A DNA stretch of 64,000 bases from Octopus sinensis (taxonomy: Eukaryota). Position 1 is the first letter of the stretch, and the number at the start of each line of letters is the position of its first letter. Below are positions 12,911 to 24,560 of this stretch, one piece after another. The stretch covers positions 17,794,001 through 17,858,000 of the forward strand of contig NC_043010.1 of assembly GCF_006345805.1 (NCBI RefSeq). Reading direction: 5' to 3'. The notes below the pieces were generated by a model. The model worked only from the letters and a program-made list of their open reading frames with translations, was not told the origin of the DNA and searched no databases. The position numbers and the translations under genes are program-made.

Positions 12911-13490
12911 CTTGAAATAGAAATTGGCAAAATGTGGAACCTCAAGACTTAAACAATACCTGTTGTCATAGGTGCCCTAGGAATGATAGCAAAAGGGACT
13001 GATTGCTACCTAGCTCAGAAACCAGGAAACCCCAAAATGGTAGAAATTCAAAAGATAGTGCTCATGGGAACTGCCCATATCCTATGTAAAATACTGTCTA
13101 TGTAATCTCAAATTTTAAAACAAACTTATAATTTTATTATGGTTTTTAAAACATTCTCTAGAACAATACTATGTACAAAACCAAATATATGACACCCTAG
13201 GCATAACACCAACATGAACTTATAACTTGTTATCTCTTGAGGTCTCTGTGTGAGACTTAGAGTCAACTTGTACAAATACAAAGCAAAAGTCAAACATAAT
13301 AATAATAATAATAATAATCGTCATCATCTTGAAATAGAAATTGGTAAAATGTGGAACCTCAAAACTTAAACAATACCTGTTGTCATAGGTGCCTTAGGAA
13401 TGATAGCAAAAGGGACTGATTGAGACTTAGAGTCAACTTGTACAAATACAAAGCAAAAGTCAAACATAATAATAATAATAATAATAATGA
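12911..13490 (+). mobile_element. R4/Dong-type (RLE) LINE 3' end plus an internally deleted tandem copy
   Basis: Translates to LEIEIGKMW..IPVVIGALG..EIQKIVLMGTAHIL; ends in (AAT)n. Second copy 13329-13490 joins gggactgat directly to tgagacttag. Confidence 0.8.
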
Positions 13491-13786
13491 TGATGATGAT
13501 GATGATGATAATAATAATATTTGTACAGGAATCAAATCAGATGAATCCAATAATGAAAAATTAATGTTTCAAATCCGTCCAAAAATGTTTTTACATTCAT
13601 TTTATTTTGACAATGAAGCTTTTCATTACTTCACAGAAATTTTAAGGGTTGCATTTGTGACCCCTGTTCATGACCCTATGGTTCACTGACTTGTATGTTG
13701 CATGGGTTTTGAAACAAATACCCTATGTAAGTATGATAAAGAAGTAAACCAAGAATATAATTTATTTTAATTTTTATCATTTCTAG

Positions 13787-13851
13787 ATTCAAATTTCAGC
13801 ACTCCATTAATAAACGATACACAAAATGCTGTGACACCCAGAACAGAGCAG
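13787..13851 (+). CDS. exon 6 (SNFSTPLINDTQNAVTPRTEQ)
   Basis: catttctag| ... CAG|gtatgc; 65 nt, phase 1 to 0. Confidence 0.75.
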
Positions 13852-14786
13852 GTATGCATTTGATATTTCCCTTCATTGCAAAATCAGGAATACTTGTTGC
13901 CAATAGACATATATGTATGTGGTTTGTTTTGTTTTCATAAAAGGATATGTATTTAACATGCATTCCTTTACATTCTATGATGAACACCAAAATAAATGCT
14001 ATTCTTATGTACAAAACACCAATTGATAAACTCTGTTTATCACATTTGCTTTAGATCCAAGTAAGGAGTAGCCCTTTGCTGTAAAAGTTTTCACCTAAGC
14101 CCTGGAGTTTAGGGCATCACTTCATACTCAATAACCTGTTTACTGCCAAACCCAACAACACCCATTTTTATACAAATGACATGACCCTTCATTTTTGTCT
14201 AATTCTCCCTAATCATGCAGATCTACATACGTTGTAAACACCACATACCGAACCTGCATTGAATCCATAAATGGAAATCTTGAGAGCAAGCCACCCCATC
14301 ATTTACAGGGGCCCTACAAAATGTCGTCCTTGTTCTTCTCTAATTTACAAAGAAAAAGACTGTTTGGTGTCAGTAAGAGCTTAGGTTTTGAACTCCTCAA
14401 CCCTAGTTTATAACTGGTATCTGTTTAGAGATGCAGACATAACTGAAACCTGTGGCATTATTTCTATTCAGATGAAAGCTGTAAGCTGGCAGAAGCATTT
14501 GCATGTTGGACAAAATGCTGCTAAGCATTTTGTCCAACATTCTGAGTTCAAATTCTACTGAGGTCAACTTAGCCTTTCATCCTTTTTGGGGTTGATAAAA
14601 TAAGCACCAGCTGAGCACTGGGAGAGTGGGTGGGGGGCTCAATGGTATCAACTGACCCTTTCCCCGAAAAAGTTGCTGGCCTTATGCCAAAATTTGAAAT
14701 CATTATTTTCATTTAATTTAATTCAAATAAAAAAATACAAAAACACTGCCATCTTGTTTTTATTGAATATTTTAATTATATTTCAG

Positions 14787-15041
14787 GAGATTTTAAATTA
14801 TACATATGCTGTTCTGTGTGCAAACTATCCCTTTTTGGTTCTTTCAATATGTGGCATTGTAAAGAATTCTCTAGACAATGGTCAGAGCAGTTTTAGATAT
14901 TCTATGATCTTCCAACCTGTTTTTGCTGAAGAAACCAACTTGAAAACTGTCTCACTGCAACTGATATTCTACTTACGAAGTGCCTTTGGCTTTCAAATGT
15001 CTGAACATACTGCTTCACTGAATTCCAAACAGCCAGAATTG
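14787..15041 (+). CDS. exon 7 (EILNYTY...SKQPEL)
   Basis: tatttcag| ... |gtaagt; 255 nt, phase 0 to 0; lies within track ORF 14673..15137. Confidence 0.85.
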
Positions 15042-15939
15042 GTAAGTTGTTTTCACCCTTTTGTTACCATATTTCTTGTTGACCTATACTGCCTTTCATT
15101 ATCATTATCATTGTTTAATGTCTGCCTTCCATGCTAGCATGGGTGGGACGGTTTCACGAGCCAGCCAGGCAGAAGCCTGCACCACTCTGTTATCGTTTTG
15201 GCAGGATTTTTACAACTGGATGCCCTTCTTCAGCAGAGTGGACTTAGTTCTTTTTACGTGGCACAGACGAGGTCAGTTTTGGCAAGGTTTTTACAGCTGG
15301 ATGACCTTCCAAATACCAATCATTTTATAGTCTGGACTGGGTGCTTTTAAGTGGCACCTGCACTGACAGGGTCACCAAGTACTTGCAAGACACACAAAAA
15401 AAGAAACTTTCGAGAGATGAGGGGGAACTGGAGAAGGTGAGGAAAATAATTTTGTCTCTATTAAGTTAGTGTTTGGAACTAAATTAATATGATATTTAGA
15501 TGGCAAATTTTAATTTAAATCACTTTAGAAGAGGAAATTTGTATCAAAGAACCAGGTTGGTGTCAAAGACATTTACCAGTTCTGTGACAATGTAACTCAT
15601 CCTGTAGGCTATACAGGGTTGTTAAGAGTATTTAACATTTTTATACCAATCTAGTTGTGACCACCTCTCCAGCAATACAGAGCTTCTGTTTTAAAGTTTC
15701 TACATTACAGCCTTTCACCAAAATTGCATGTTAATTCATGTTCCAAATAACAGCTAAATAATGGCTAAGTTATTATATGGAATTCTTCATTATTTTCAAA
15801 ATTGCCACAAAAGTATGTTAACCGAAATATAGTGAAAAAGGCATTGAATATATAAATAAAACAGAAAGGGGTTAAATATATCAATAAGACAGAGTAGGTC
15901 TTCCCAACTTGACCAGAATAGATAATTATATAAAGTGCA

Positions 15940-16212
15940 GCATCGCCTTACGGGCACCTGTGCCGGTGGCATGTGTAAAAAGATTTGAGCAAGGTCATTG
16001 CCAGAACTGCCTGACTGGCCCCGTGCCAGTGGCATGTAAAAAGCACCCACTACACTCTCAGAGTGGTTGGCGTTAGGAAGGGCATCCAGCTGTAGAAACT
16101 CTGCCAGATCAAGATTGGAGCCTGGTGCAGCCATCTGATTCGCCAGCCCTCAAAATCATCCAACCCATGCTAGCATGGAAAGCGGACGTTAAACGTTGAT
16201 GATGATGATGAT
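15940..16212 (+). mobile_element. (GAT)n-tailed short retroelement (family C)
   Basis: ttaggaagggcatccagctgtagaaac...ccatgctagcatggaaagcggacgttaaa(GAT)n; more than ten copies in the window. Confidence 0.8.
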
Positions 16213-16470
16213 GTTAAATTATAAAATTCTTGATAAATCTAGTTTGAAATTTGGTCTAAGTTCCTGTTGGAATCATGCTGTATTTGTTGAGAAATTTTGC
16301 AAGTTCCCATTCTCTTCGCTTAAAATTTCCCAGCTCTTTCCTTTCTAAAATATATATATACCTCTTATTTCTAACAAAGTTGGTGCTACTCTGCACTGTC
16401 AGTCACAATTAGTGATAGCTGAATTCTTCCTTTTTGGTTTTACATTGCTTATAGCCACCTTTATTATATA

Positions 16471-17278
16471 TATATGGTCTGATCAATATGTATCCAGACC
16501 GTTGCCATATTAACAAAACTAAAGCAAGCAGAGTGAAACCTCTTGGTATGGATTGACCTTGACCTCTGCTATGCATGTGCATTAAGTTTTAACATTGTAA
16601 CTCATTTCCCCCGTTTACAGCAGTGCTTGGAAGGAAGGTGTGTAGCATGTGGTCATCGCATTGGCTATGACAGAGAAAGCTGAGCAGAGAATCTGCATCA
16701 AATTTTGCCAAAAGCTTCACAATACCTGCTCAGAGGCCTACACAAAGTTTTCAAAGTTCTTGACACAATCAAGGAGATCTTGTGCAACTGAAACCCGAGT
16801 GTCTTCCTGCTCAGTTGAAAGCAGTTTTGGCACTAAATTGGCAGACACGTGTCTCATACCCAAATCTTCAGTGATAACGGGCACATCTGCGATATTTTTC
16901 TCAGTTCTCCTGGTTGCTGGTCTTCCAGAATGTTTGTCACTATTGATATTTTTTCAGCCATCTTGAAAACCTCTGAACCACTCGTATGCTTGTGTGCAGC
17001 TCATACACTTCTCTCCATACACTTTCTACAACTTTGTGTAGGCCTCTAAGCAGGTATTGCCATGACAACTTTCTCTGTCATGGTCAATGCAACAATCACA
17101 TGCTACACACCTACCTTCCAAGCACTGCTGTAAACAGTGGAAGTGAGCTACAATGTTAAAACTTAATGTGCATGCACAGCAGAATTCAAGTGCAATCTGT
17201 CCCAAGCGGCTTCACTCTGCATGCTTTAGCTTCATTACTATGGCAACAGTCCAGATACTTATTGATCATACCTCGTTA
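16471..17278. mobile_element. Mariner-derived element made of two inverted 5' ends
   Basis: About 270-bp inverted arms, TA-flanked; + arm encodes MTEKAEQRICIKFCQKL, minus arm extends to AYEWF..HSGRP..LVPKLL. Confidence 0.85.
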
Positions 17279-17284
17279 TATATA

Positions 17285-17385
<101 letters not shown>

Positions 17386-17392
17386 TATATAT

Positions 17393-17429
<37 letters not shown>

Positions 17430-17431
<2 letters not shown>

Positions 17432-17594
17432 GACGCCGTTTTTTTCTCTCCTTGTTCTTTTCTGTGTATCATTCTGTCGAAGAGCATAGGCTCGATACGT
17501 AAAAGATTTTTTCTATTCCTGAGCACTATACTAATACATATGTTTGTTTGTACTCCACCTGCCTTCGTCTTTTGTTTATTTTCGTAAACTTTCC

Positions 17595-17600
<6 letters not shown>
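17430..17600 (+). mobile_element. Penelope-like terminal-repeat fragment with hammerhead-like motif (also 54975-55157 + and 61928-62070 -)
   Basis: Three homologous copies abutting (TA)n, each with a GAGC-ATAG-GCTC hairpin between CTGTNGA-like and GAAAC-like boxes. Confidence 0.55.
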
Positions 17601-17640
<40 letters not shown>

Positions 17641-17775
17641 TTATGTATGTATGTATAGTGTTTGAAGTGGTGTACAGATATTGTATATTGAAAAAAAGGA
17701 GACAGTCAGAATTTTTGATAATTCTTTATTAATATTTCATTTGTTTAACTGAATACTTCAAGACAAAAGTTAAAA

Positions 17776-17822
<47 letters not shown>

Positions 17823-19020
17823 ATTATCTTTTATTAGTAATTATGATTATATATTTAGTTTAATTTGGAGATAACTTCTGAGATTTTTTTTAAATGCTTC
17901 CCTGTTATCAGCATCATAATTTTGCATCTGTTTTCCATGCTAGATTGGTTGTCATGATCTGAGTTACTTCTCATTTACAGACACTGTTCTTATAGACTGG
18001 TGCTCATACATACCATTTGGCTGGGTTTCTACCCCTGGATGCCCTTCCTGCCACCAACAATTTACAGAGTGCATTAGGTGCAATTTCTCATGCCCCCCCC
18101 CACTCTCTACACAGGTTGAATTGCCCTTGATGAGATAAGACTAGAGGCACCTCATAACCCTACACTTCCTCTGATCATTTAACCAATCACTTCACTGAAT
18201 GAACAGTTGGTGTGTGGTGGTGGGGTGGGTTGGACTGGTGCCTGGTAACTTTAGATAGGGAGCGCATTCAGCATTCCGTACCCTAAAGTGTGTTGACTGA
18301 ACTAGGAAAGGAGATGGAACCCTGGCAACAGGAAAGCCAGAAATGGGGAGTTGAGAGGAGGAGGGGCTGGGGGGTGTAGATGTAGAGAGTACTCTCAATA
18401 ATCGAGGGGTGTATACTTTTGTGTTTTAATTTTGTTTCACTTTTCTTTTTTTCTTTCCTTCCCTCAGTTGCTTGCTGATGATTTAGGGACAAGACTGAGT
18501 TTGCTTGAGCGCAACGTCAATACATTTTATCAACCAGAGCAATTCACTGTGAGTATATCATCATCATCATCATCATCCTCATAGACTATAATTTTGTATC
18601 TAATATGATTATTATTTACAATCTTAGTACACACACACACACACATACATACATACAGTGTGTTGTTTGACAACTAGTGTTGGTTTGTTTATGTTCCCAT
18701 GATTTAGCAAGTCAACAAAAGCGATTGATGGAAATTAGTACCAGACTTAAAAAAAAAAAACCTGGTGTCAATTTATTCAACTAAACTCTTCAAAGCAGTG
18801 CCCTAGCTTGGCCACATTTCGATGACTGAAACAAGGAAAAGATAAAAAGTATCGACTTCTGGCTTTCGTACAGATTTTTTAAGGAAATCCTAATTTAGTT
18901 AAATCTTTGCAGAATTATTATTTCTCATTTGTATTAGTATTAATTGCAAGGTGAGACCACATTTCTTTGGCAGAAGAAAATAGTTCAAGCGAGATGATAA
19001 CTTTCAAAATAATATATTAC

Positions 19021-19440
19021 AGGCGCAGGAGTGGCTGTGTGGTAAGTAGCTTGTTTACCAACCACATGGTTCCAGGTTCAGTCCCACTGCGTGGCACCTT
19101 GGGCAAGTGTCTTCTACTATAGCCTCGAGCTGACCAAAGCCTTGTGAGTAGATTTGGTAGACGGAAACTGAAAGAAGCCTGTCGTATATATATATATATA
19201 TGTGTGTGTGTGCGTGTATGTTTGTGTGTCTGTGTTTGTTCCCCTAGCATTGCTTGACAACCGATGCTAGTGTGTTTATGTCCCCGTCAATTAGCAGTTC
19301 GGCAAAAGAGACCGATAGAATAAGTACTGGGCTTACAAAGAATAAGTCCCAGGGTCGAGTTGCTCGATTAAAGGCAGTGCTCCAGCATGGCCGCAGTCAA
19401 ATGACTGAAACAAGTAAAAAGAGAAAAAGAGAGAAAGAGA
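19021..19440 (+). mobile_element. Full-length SINE family A
   Basis: Nearly identical to 41945-42340 and 4178-4578. Confidence 0.85.
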
Positions 19441-19475
19441 TTTTATTATGACTTCATAAAGTCAATCTAAAAACC

Positions 19476-19622
19476 TTCACATACCATTCTATTGTGAAAC
19501 AGATTCACATACCATTCTATTGCAAAACAGATTCACATACCATTCTATTGTGAAATAGATTCACATACCGTTCTTTTGTGAAATGGTTTCACACACCATT
19601 CTACAGTTAAACGGTTTCACAT
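19476..19622. repeat. 28-bp minisatellite, about 5 copies
   Basis: ttcacataccattctattgtgaaacaga units at 19476, 19504, 19532, 19560, 19588. Confidence 0.9.
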
Positions 19623-19638
19623 ATCTTTTTTTCTTCAG

Positions 19639-19799
19639 AATAATAACTATGAGAATTGGAAAAAAGAAGAAAGGTCACTCCTTGGTTTTTTACTTCAAAT
19701 GATTGGTCGAAACAATATTCCAAAAGTCAAGGACGACTCTACTTTAAGATTGAGTGAAATACACAGCCATTATCAATGTTTGTCTGAAAGGCTATTTCT
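19639..19799 (+). CDS. exon 8 (NNNYENW...HSHYQCLSERLF)
   Basis: ttcttcag| ... |gtaagt; 161 nt, phase 0 to 2; Munc13-like H..Y.CL.E.LF motif. Confidence 0.85.
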
Positions 19800-20217
19800 G
19801 TAAGTTTGTTGAAAAATATTTGCTTGTTTTTTCTTTCTTTTTTTTTTTATATCATAATTCTTGCAAAAGATATTGGTTCAAGGTAAACACCTGAAATATT
19901 AAAAGTGTCTTTGTTTGTCATTAATAATGAATTAATGATAAAAAATTCCAGATGGAATCTGTTTTATTTAATTTTTTGATTTACAAACTGGTGAGGATGA
20001 AACCTCATCTCCTGAATATTGGTTTCAAATTTTGGCACAAGGCCTGCAATTTCAGTGGTGGTGGTGGGGAGGATAAGTTGATTACGTTGACCCCAGTGCT
20101 CTGCTGGTACTTACTTTATCAACCCCAAAAAGATGAAAGGCAGAGTCCAAGTCAGCACAGTCATTCCCTCAATAGTAATTACATCATCCTCATCAATTTG
20201 GCAGAACTTGAAAAGAT

Positions 20218-20823
20218 TGTAGTGATGTCATGTTCCAGTGTGCGCACACGCAACGTCATTCTTCAGTGTGCGTGTGCGGAACGTCACCTTTGTAGTGACG
20301 TCATATTCCAGTGTGCACACACGCAACGTCATTCTTTAGTGTGCGTGTGCGGAACGTCTTTCTTCAGTGTGCGTGTGCGGGGTTGGAACCTTCTGGAACC
20401 TTCTGGAAAGGCATAAGGAAGTTTCCCCATGCACATGCGCTAGAGACTGAAGAATAAATTCTAGAGCGTTCCTTAATAGCGTTGGGGATTTGAGACACAG
20501 CGATAGAAGAGAAAGGACGTATATTTTGAATCCTGTGATCAGCCTATTCTCCTGTCCCAGACGTTTAGGATTTAACCTGTTCTTCTGCTGCTGAATTGTT
20601 GTAAAGCTTACAAACGTTTGAATTCAGTCTTGCTGCGTTGAACTAGGTGGATACCAGCATACTATCGTGTTTCATTGTTGAAACCAGAAAATAAAGAATT
20701 ATATATATTTTTTAACTTGCTTTTCGTTCCTGACTGGTAGTTTCTAGAAACAAAAAGAAAGGAAATTGTGTTGCACCCAAGTTGCACCCCAAAAGTGTAA
20801 AGAAGCAACCAGTTCCCATTACA
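20218..20823 (+). mobile_element. Solo LTR (Gypsy-like)
   Basis: TGTAGTG...CATTACA termini, 4-bp TSD AGAT on both sides, internal tandem repeats and AATAAA. Confidence 0.8.
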
Positions 20824-20988
20824 AGATTATCACTTCTACACCCTGCCTCCGCCTATTAACTTAAATATGAATCCTAATTAAACTCAAGCTGTGTTTGCTT
20901 GCCTCCCCTACTCTTTCACCCCTCTCTCTTTATCTATGTTTGTCCCCCTCTTTCTCTTACGCTATACCTGTTTCTTCCTTTATATCTC

Positions 20989-21700
20989 TCACTGATGTCT
21001 GGTCAGCTGATCGCACTGAATCATTGCATCCCACATGATTTTGCAATCTTCATTCTCGGTGATTCCTTCTGGGGTTTTCTCACACTGTGTCTTTGCTCTT
21101 TGCAGGCCATGATTTCCACAGAGGTCCCAATGGATCATTCTTGCCACATTGTCATAGTCTCTTTTGTACTTGTATTGTGTCATTTTGATCCACTCACTAA
21201 TGATGTGCCATACCGTTTCACCCCTCTCACCACACATTCTGCATTTGTCACTGTCAGTAGTATTGTACTGCACTTTATATAGCTGGTCCTTAATGCTTGA
21301 TCTTGGGCTGCTCATGAGTGCTTCTGTCTCTATCTTCAGGTTACTCCATAGTCTTCCATAGTCACCGGTCCTCTATCTGTCTTGGCATTCACATCTCTTC
21401 TAAACTGACCATGCATTTCTTTTTCCTTCCATGCTTTTTCGTTTTTCTTGTTTAAATTTTTCTTTCATTACACAATTTTCAATTTTGATGATGCCGGCCT
21501 TCTTTGCATGTTTCAACAGTGGCTCCACAGCATTTTTTATATACCACCCTAAGCTGTTTCCCTTTGCTTTGATACAGTCCTAGCAACTGATCAAACCTCT
21601 CCCACCCTTTCTTCTTGACAAGTACAGCCAATTGGTGTCACACATAGGGTGAAAGGCTCTGTGTGCTGTCAACATTTTTCTGGTCTGGGTATCCATTTTA
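20989..21700 (-). mobile_element. Decayed R4/Dong-type LINE internal fragment
   Basis: CRMCGERGETVWHIISE zinc knuckle, DNVARMIHWDLC, KIMWDAMIQCD. Confidence 0.8.
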
Positions 21701-21782
21701 TAATTCCATAAAATGGTAAAAGAAAGGAGTGAATAAAAACGAAAAAAACAAAACAAAATACAATAATAATAATAATAATAAT

Positions 21783-22375
21783 AATGCAGTACCAGGCAGT
21801 GGCAATGCCCTGATGCAGTACCAGGCAGTGGCTCTCGTGGCTGCTGATCTTAACTGATTGGAAGTGTTATCATGTACATTGTTTTGTCTTGGTATAAAAG
21901 ATGGACTACAGCAAATGTTCTGCTCAATACCACAGATTTGCTTCTCAGTTGTTTGGCCATAACCAGTTGACCATGTCCCTTAGTGGCTGATGATATGTGC
22001 ATCTCTGATCACGAGCAGAAGTAGTGGGGGAGCATCATAGCCATGTGTTGAGAGGAATTCTTTGGGGTTTGAATAATTCACCTCTGGAAACAAGGGTATT
22101 TCATTCAACATCCTTAAACAACCCTTATGCAGGGACCTTTTGAGCGGGACAGGTTACTCGACCAGAAGAAAATTCTAAGTGGGCCCCACCTGCAAGGTTA
22201 TGTGCTGTTTATCTTGATATGAGATCACCATGTCGCGCACATATGGTTGTGATGCATGTGCCTGGTGTACCCTTATCAAACAGGTAGTCATGATGAGTTT
22301 ACAGGGCTTCATATTTTTTACCCCAGTGTCACTTTGATGGCATGCACTGCTTTCTCACTTAATAATAATAATAAT
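21783..22375 (+). mobile_element. ~590-bp non-coding element flanked on both sides by (TAA)n
   Basis: Begins after (AAT)n with a duplicated atgcagtaccaggcagtggc and ends in (AAT)n; second copy at 12315-12690. Confidence 0.7.
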
Positions 22376-22379
22376 TATA

Positions 22380-22425
<46 letters not shown>

Positions 22426-22652
22426 CTTCCGACGCCGATGGACGTACGTGTGAATCAGCTCCGTGAATTTGACACCAATTTCATTGGAAATCTATTGTTA
22501 GGTTTGAATATTTTTTAATATTTTTGTAGCCAAACCGACGGCTTCTTGCGGAGCTCGTCGGTTGGGCGAAATTTTGCCCCATTCGGGGTGAAATTACGTT
22601 TTAAAATTTTGAACATTTGACATTTTCAACATTTGAATATTACAACAAAAAC

Positions 22653-24520
22653 ATGGCTATGAAGCGAACAGTTGGCTGTTCCTTCCTTCAAGATACATTC
22701 CCTCCGCAAACACACACAACTCGTACAAAACACCCCCACTTCACGCCTTAAAAGGCAACAAGATTCTCCTTCCGAACCGCAGAGCACGAGCTCGGTTCAA
22801 AAGGAGAATGCAAGCCAGGACGTCGCGTTCGACGTAATTCTCGATTTTCCCCCTCTGCCTTCACCCAATGCTTTGGTACGGAAGGAGGAGGAGAAAAAAC
22901 AATTACAAAAATCATCACAAACATTGACACGGAGAAAAAAAGAAAAAACTTCCAACAATTTTGCTTCTGCTGCGAAGCAAATTTCGGAGGAAGTTAAGAT
23001 AACTCTAGAAGATGTGAAAAGAGCGAAGGAGTTGTTAAGGAAGGATGGCAATGGTATCTTCCTCAATACTCCACAAGAGGTGATTGAAAGCACCAACAAG
23101 AAAACAATAATTTACAAAGTTTTCGACAGAAACTAAAAAGAATAACAAATGCCACACCCCAACAGTTGGAGATAGCTCTAAAGCCCATTTGGGCCCAAAA
23201 GAGCTACGTAACCAAGGGAAGCGTTTTGGAACCATGGAGGTTCGCTTCCCAACAGAGGAGCTTGCAAGGGCGAACGCCATTTCGCCCTTGCAAACTGAGA
23301 ATTTGTACTAGTTCCGACCCACCTCGGGCGAAGAGTAACAAAAATAAAAATCGACCTCGCCCCCCTGAGCTAGATATGTCATGGCTGGTGGCAGCTGTCC
23401 TCTATGATATAGAGAGGACACTACCACCATTCTAGATGTCAGGAGAGTGAGGGCGAAAACTGGTTGGGGATGGGAGTGCTGCTTCTTGCGCAAATTCAGC
23501 AAGAGAATATAAGTAAAGTCCTTGATTTCGTAAGTTTGCCGGACGGCACCAGGCTAAACGTTGCTGTGGAGGGGCGAAAGCCAAAATGTTTTCTCTGCAG
23601 CAGCGAAAGCCACTTAAAGAGGGACTGTCCCATTCACAAAAAGAGGATGGAGGCTTTCAGCAAGAGGCAGCAGCAACAACAACAACAACAACAACAACAA
23701 CACAAGCAACAACAACAGAAACAACAAAAACAGCAAGAAACACCAAAGGCTGCCACACCACACACACCATCACCAACACCAGCACCAAGACGAACAACAC
23801 CACCTCCAACAACAAACAACACCCACCAAACCAACACCGACAACCACCAGCAACCAACACCGACACCAGTACCTCGAAGGTCGACAGCAGCGACATCAAC
23901 AGTAACAGGAGCAGCGGCACCACCGATACCGGCGGAACCAAACTTTCGTCCTGCTACTGAAGCAGACCCTCAACCATTCCTTTGCCGGATGAAGAGATCT
24001 CGGATTGTGCGAGCTCTGATTCCAACAAAGGAGAATGGAACATAGTACCTCCAAAAAAGAAAAAAGGGAAAAACAAAAAGATTTACAGGGGAAGCACGAA
24101 CAAATAGTACTTCCCAACATCAATAACAACATCAACAACAACACACACTCACAACAACAACAACAACAACAACACTTTCGACACCACTACTGCCACTACC
24201 ACAGACACAAACAAACACAGACACAATTACAGACACGATTACAGCAGTGAATACAAGAAACCAGGAACTGGTTGAGTATTTGAAAAACAAAACAAGCACA
24301 AACATTACAGATTTTCATCCTAACCTACACACAACACACCACCAGCACACATTCTCACAATAAAAATAAAAAAACAGTTTACAACGAAATAAAACAAATA
24401 TTCCCTAACGATGTGGGATCGTTAGGGAAAAGTTTCTCTCAGAAACTTTACAAAAATATTATTGAAGCACCCGTGCAAAAGCACAAGGGAGCCACCCCCA
24501 CCACCAACAACAGTAAGTAG
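22653..24520 (+). pseudogene. LINE ORF1 (gag-like, CCHC knuckle, polyQ), frameshifted
   Basis: Fragments 22672..23136, 23464..24045 and others; KPKCFLCSSESHLKRDCP; Q-rich and Pro/Thr-rich tail. Confidence 0.8.
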
Positions 24521-24560
24521 AGCCTTTTTTCTCCTTTTTTTTTCCCCTAACTTTTGAAAC

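Noticed and set aside
15796-16134. Recurrent ORF MAAPGS..AEFLQLDALPNANHSESVVGAF (also 30523, 33688, 47296, 55297)
   Set aside because: Antisense reading of family C repeats; recurrence reflects repeat copies, with inconsistent frames and stops.
19476-19622. CRISPR-like short repeat array
   Set aside because: Units are contiguous with no unique spacers, there are no cas genes, and the context is a eukaryotic intron.
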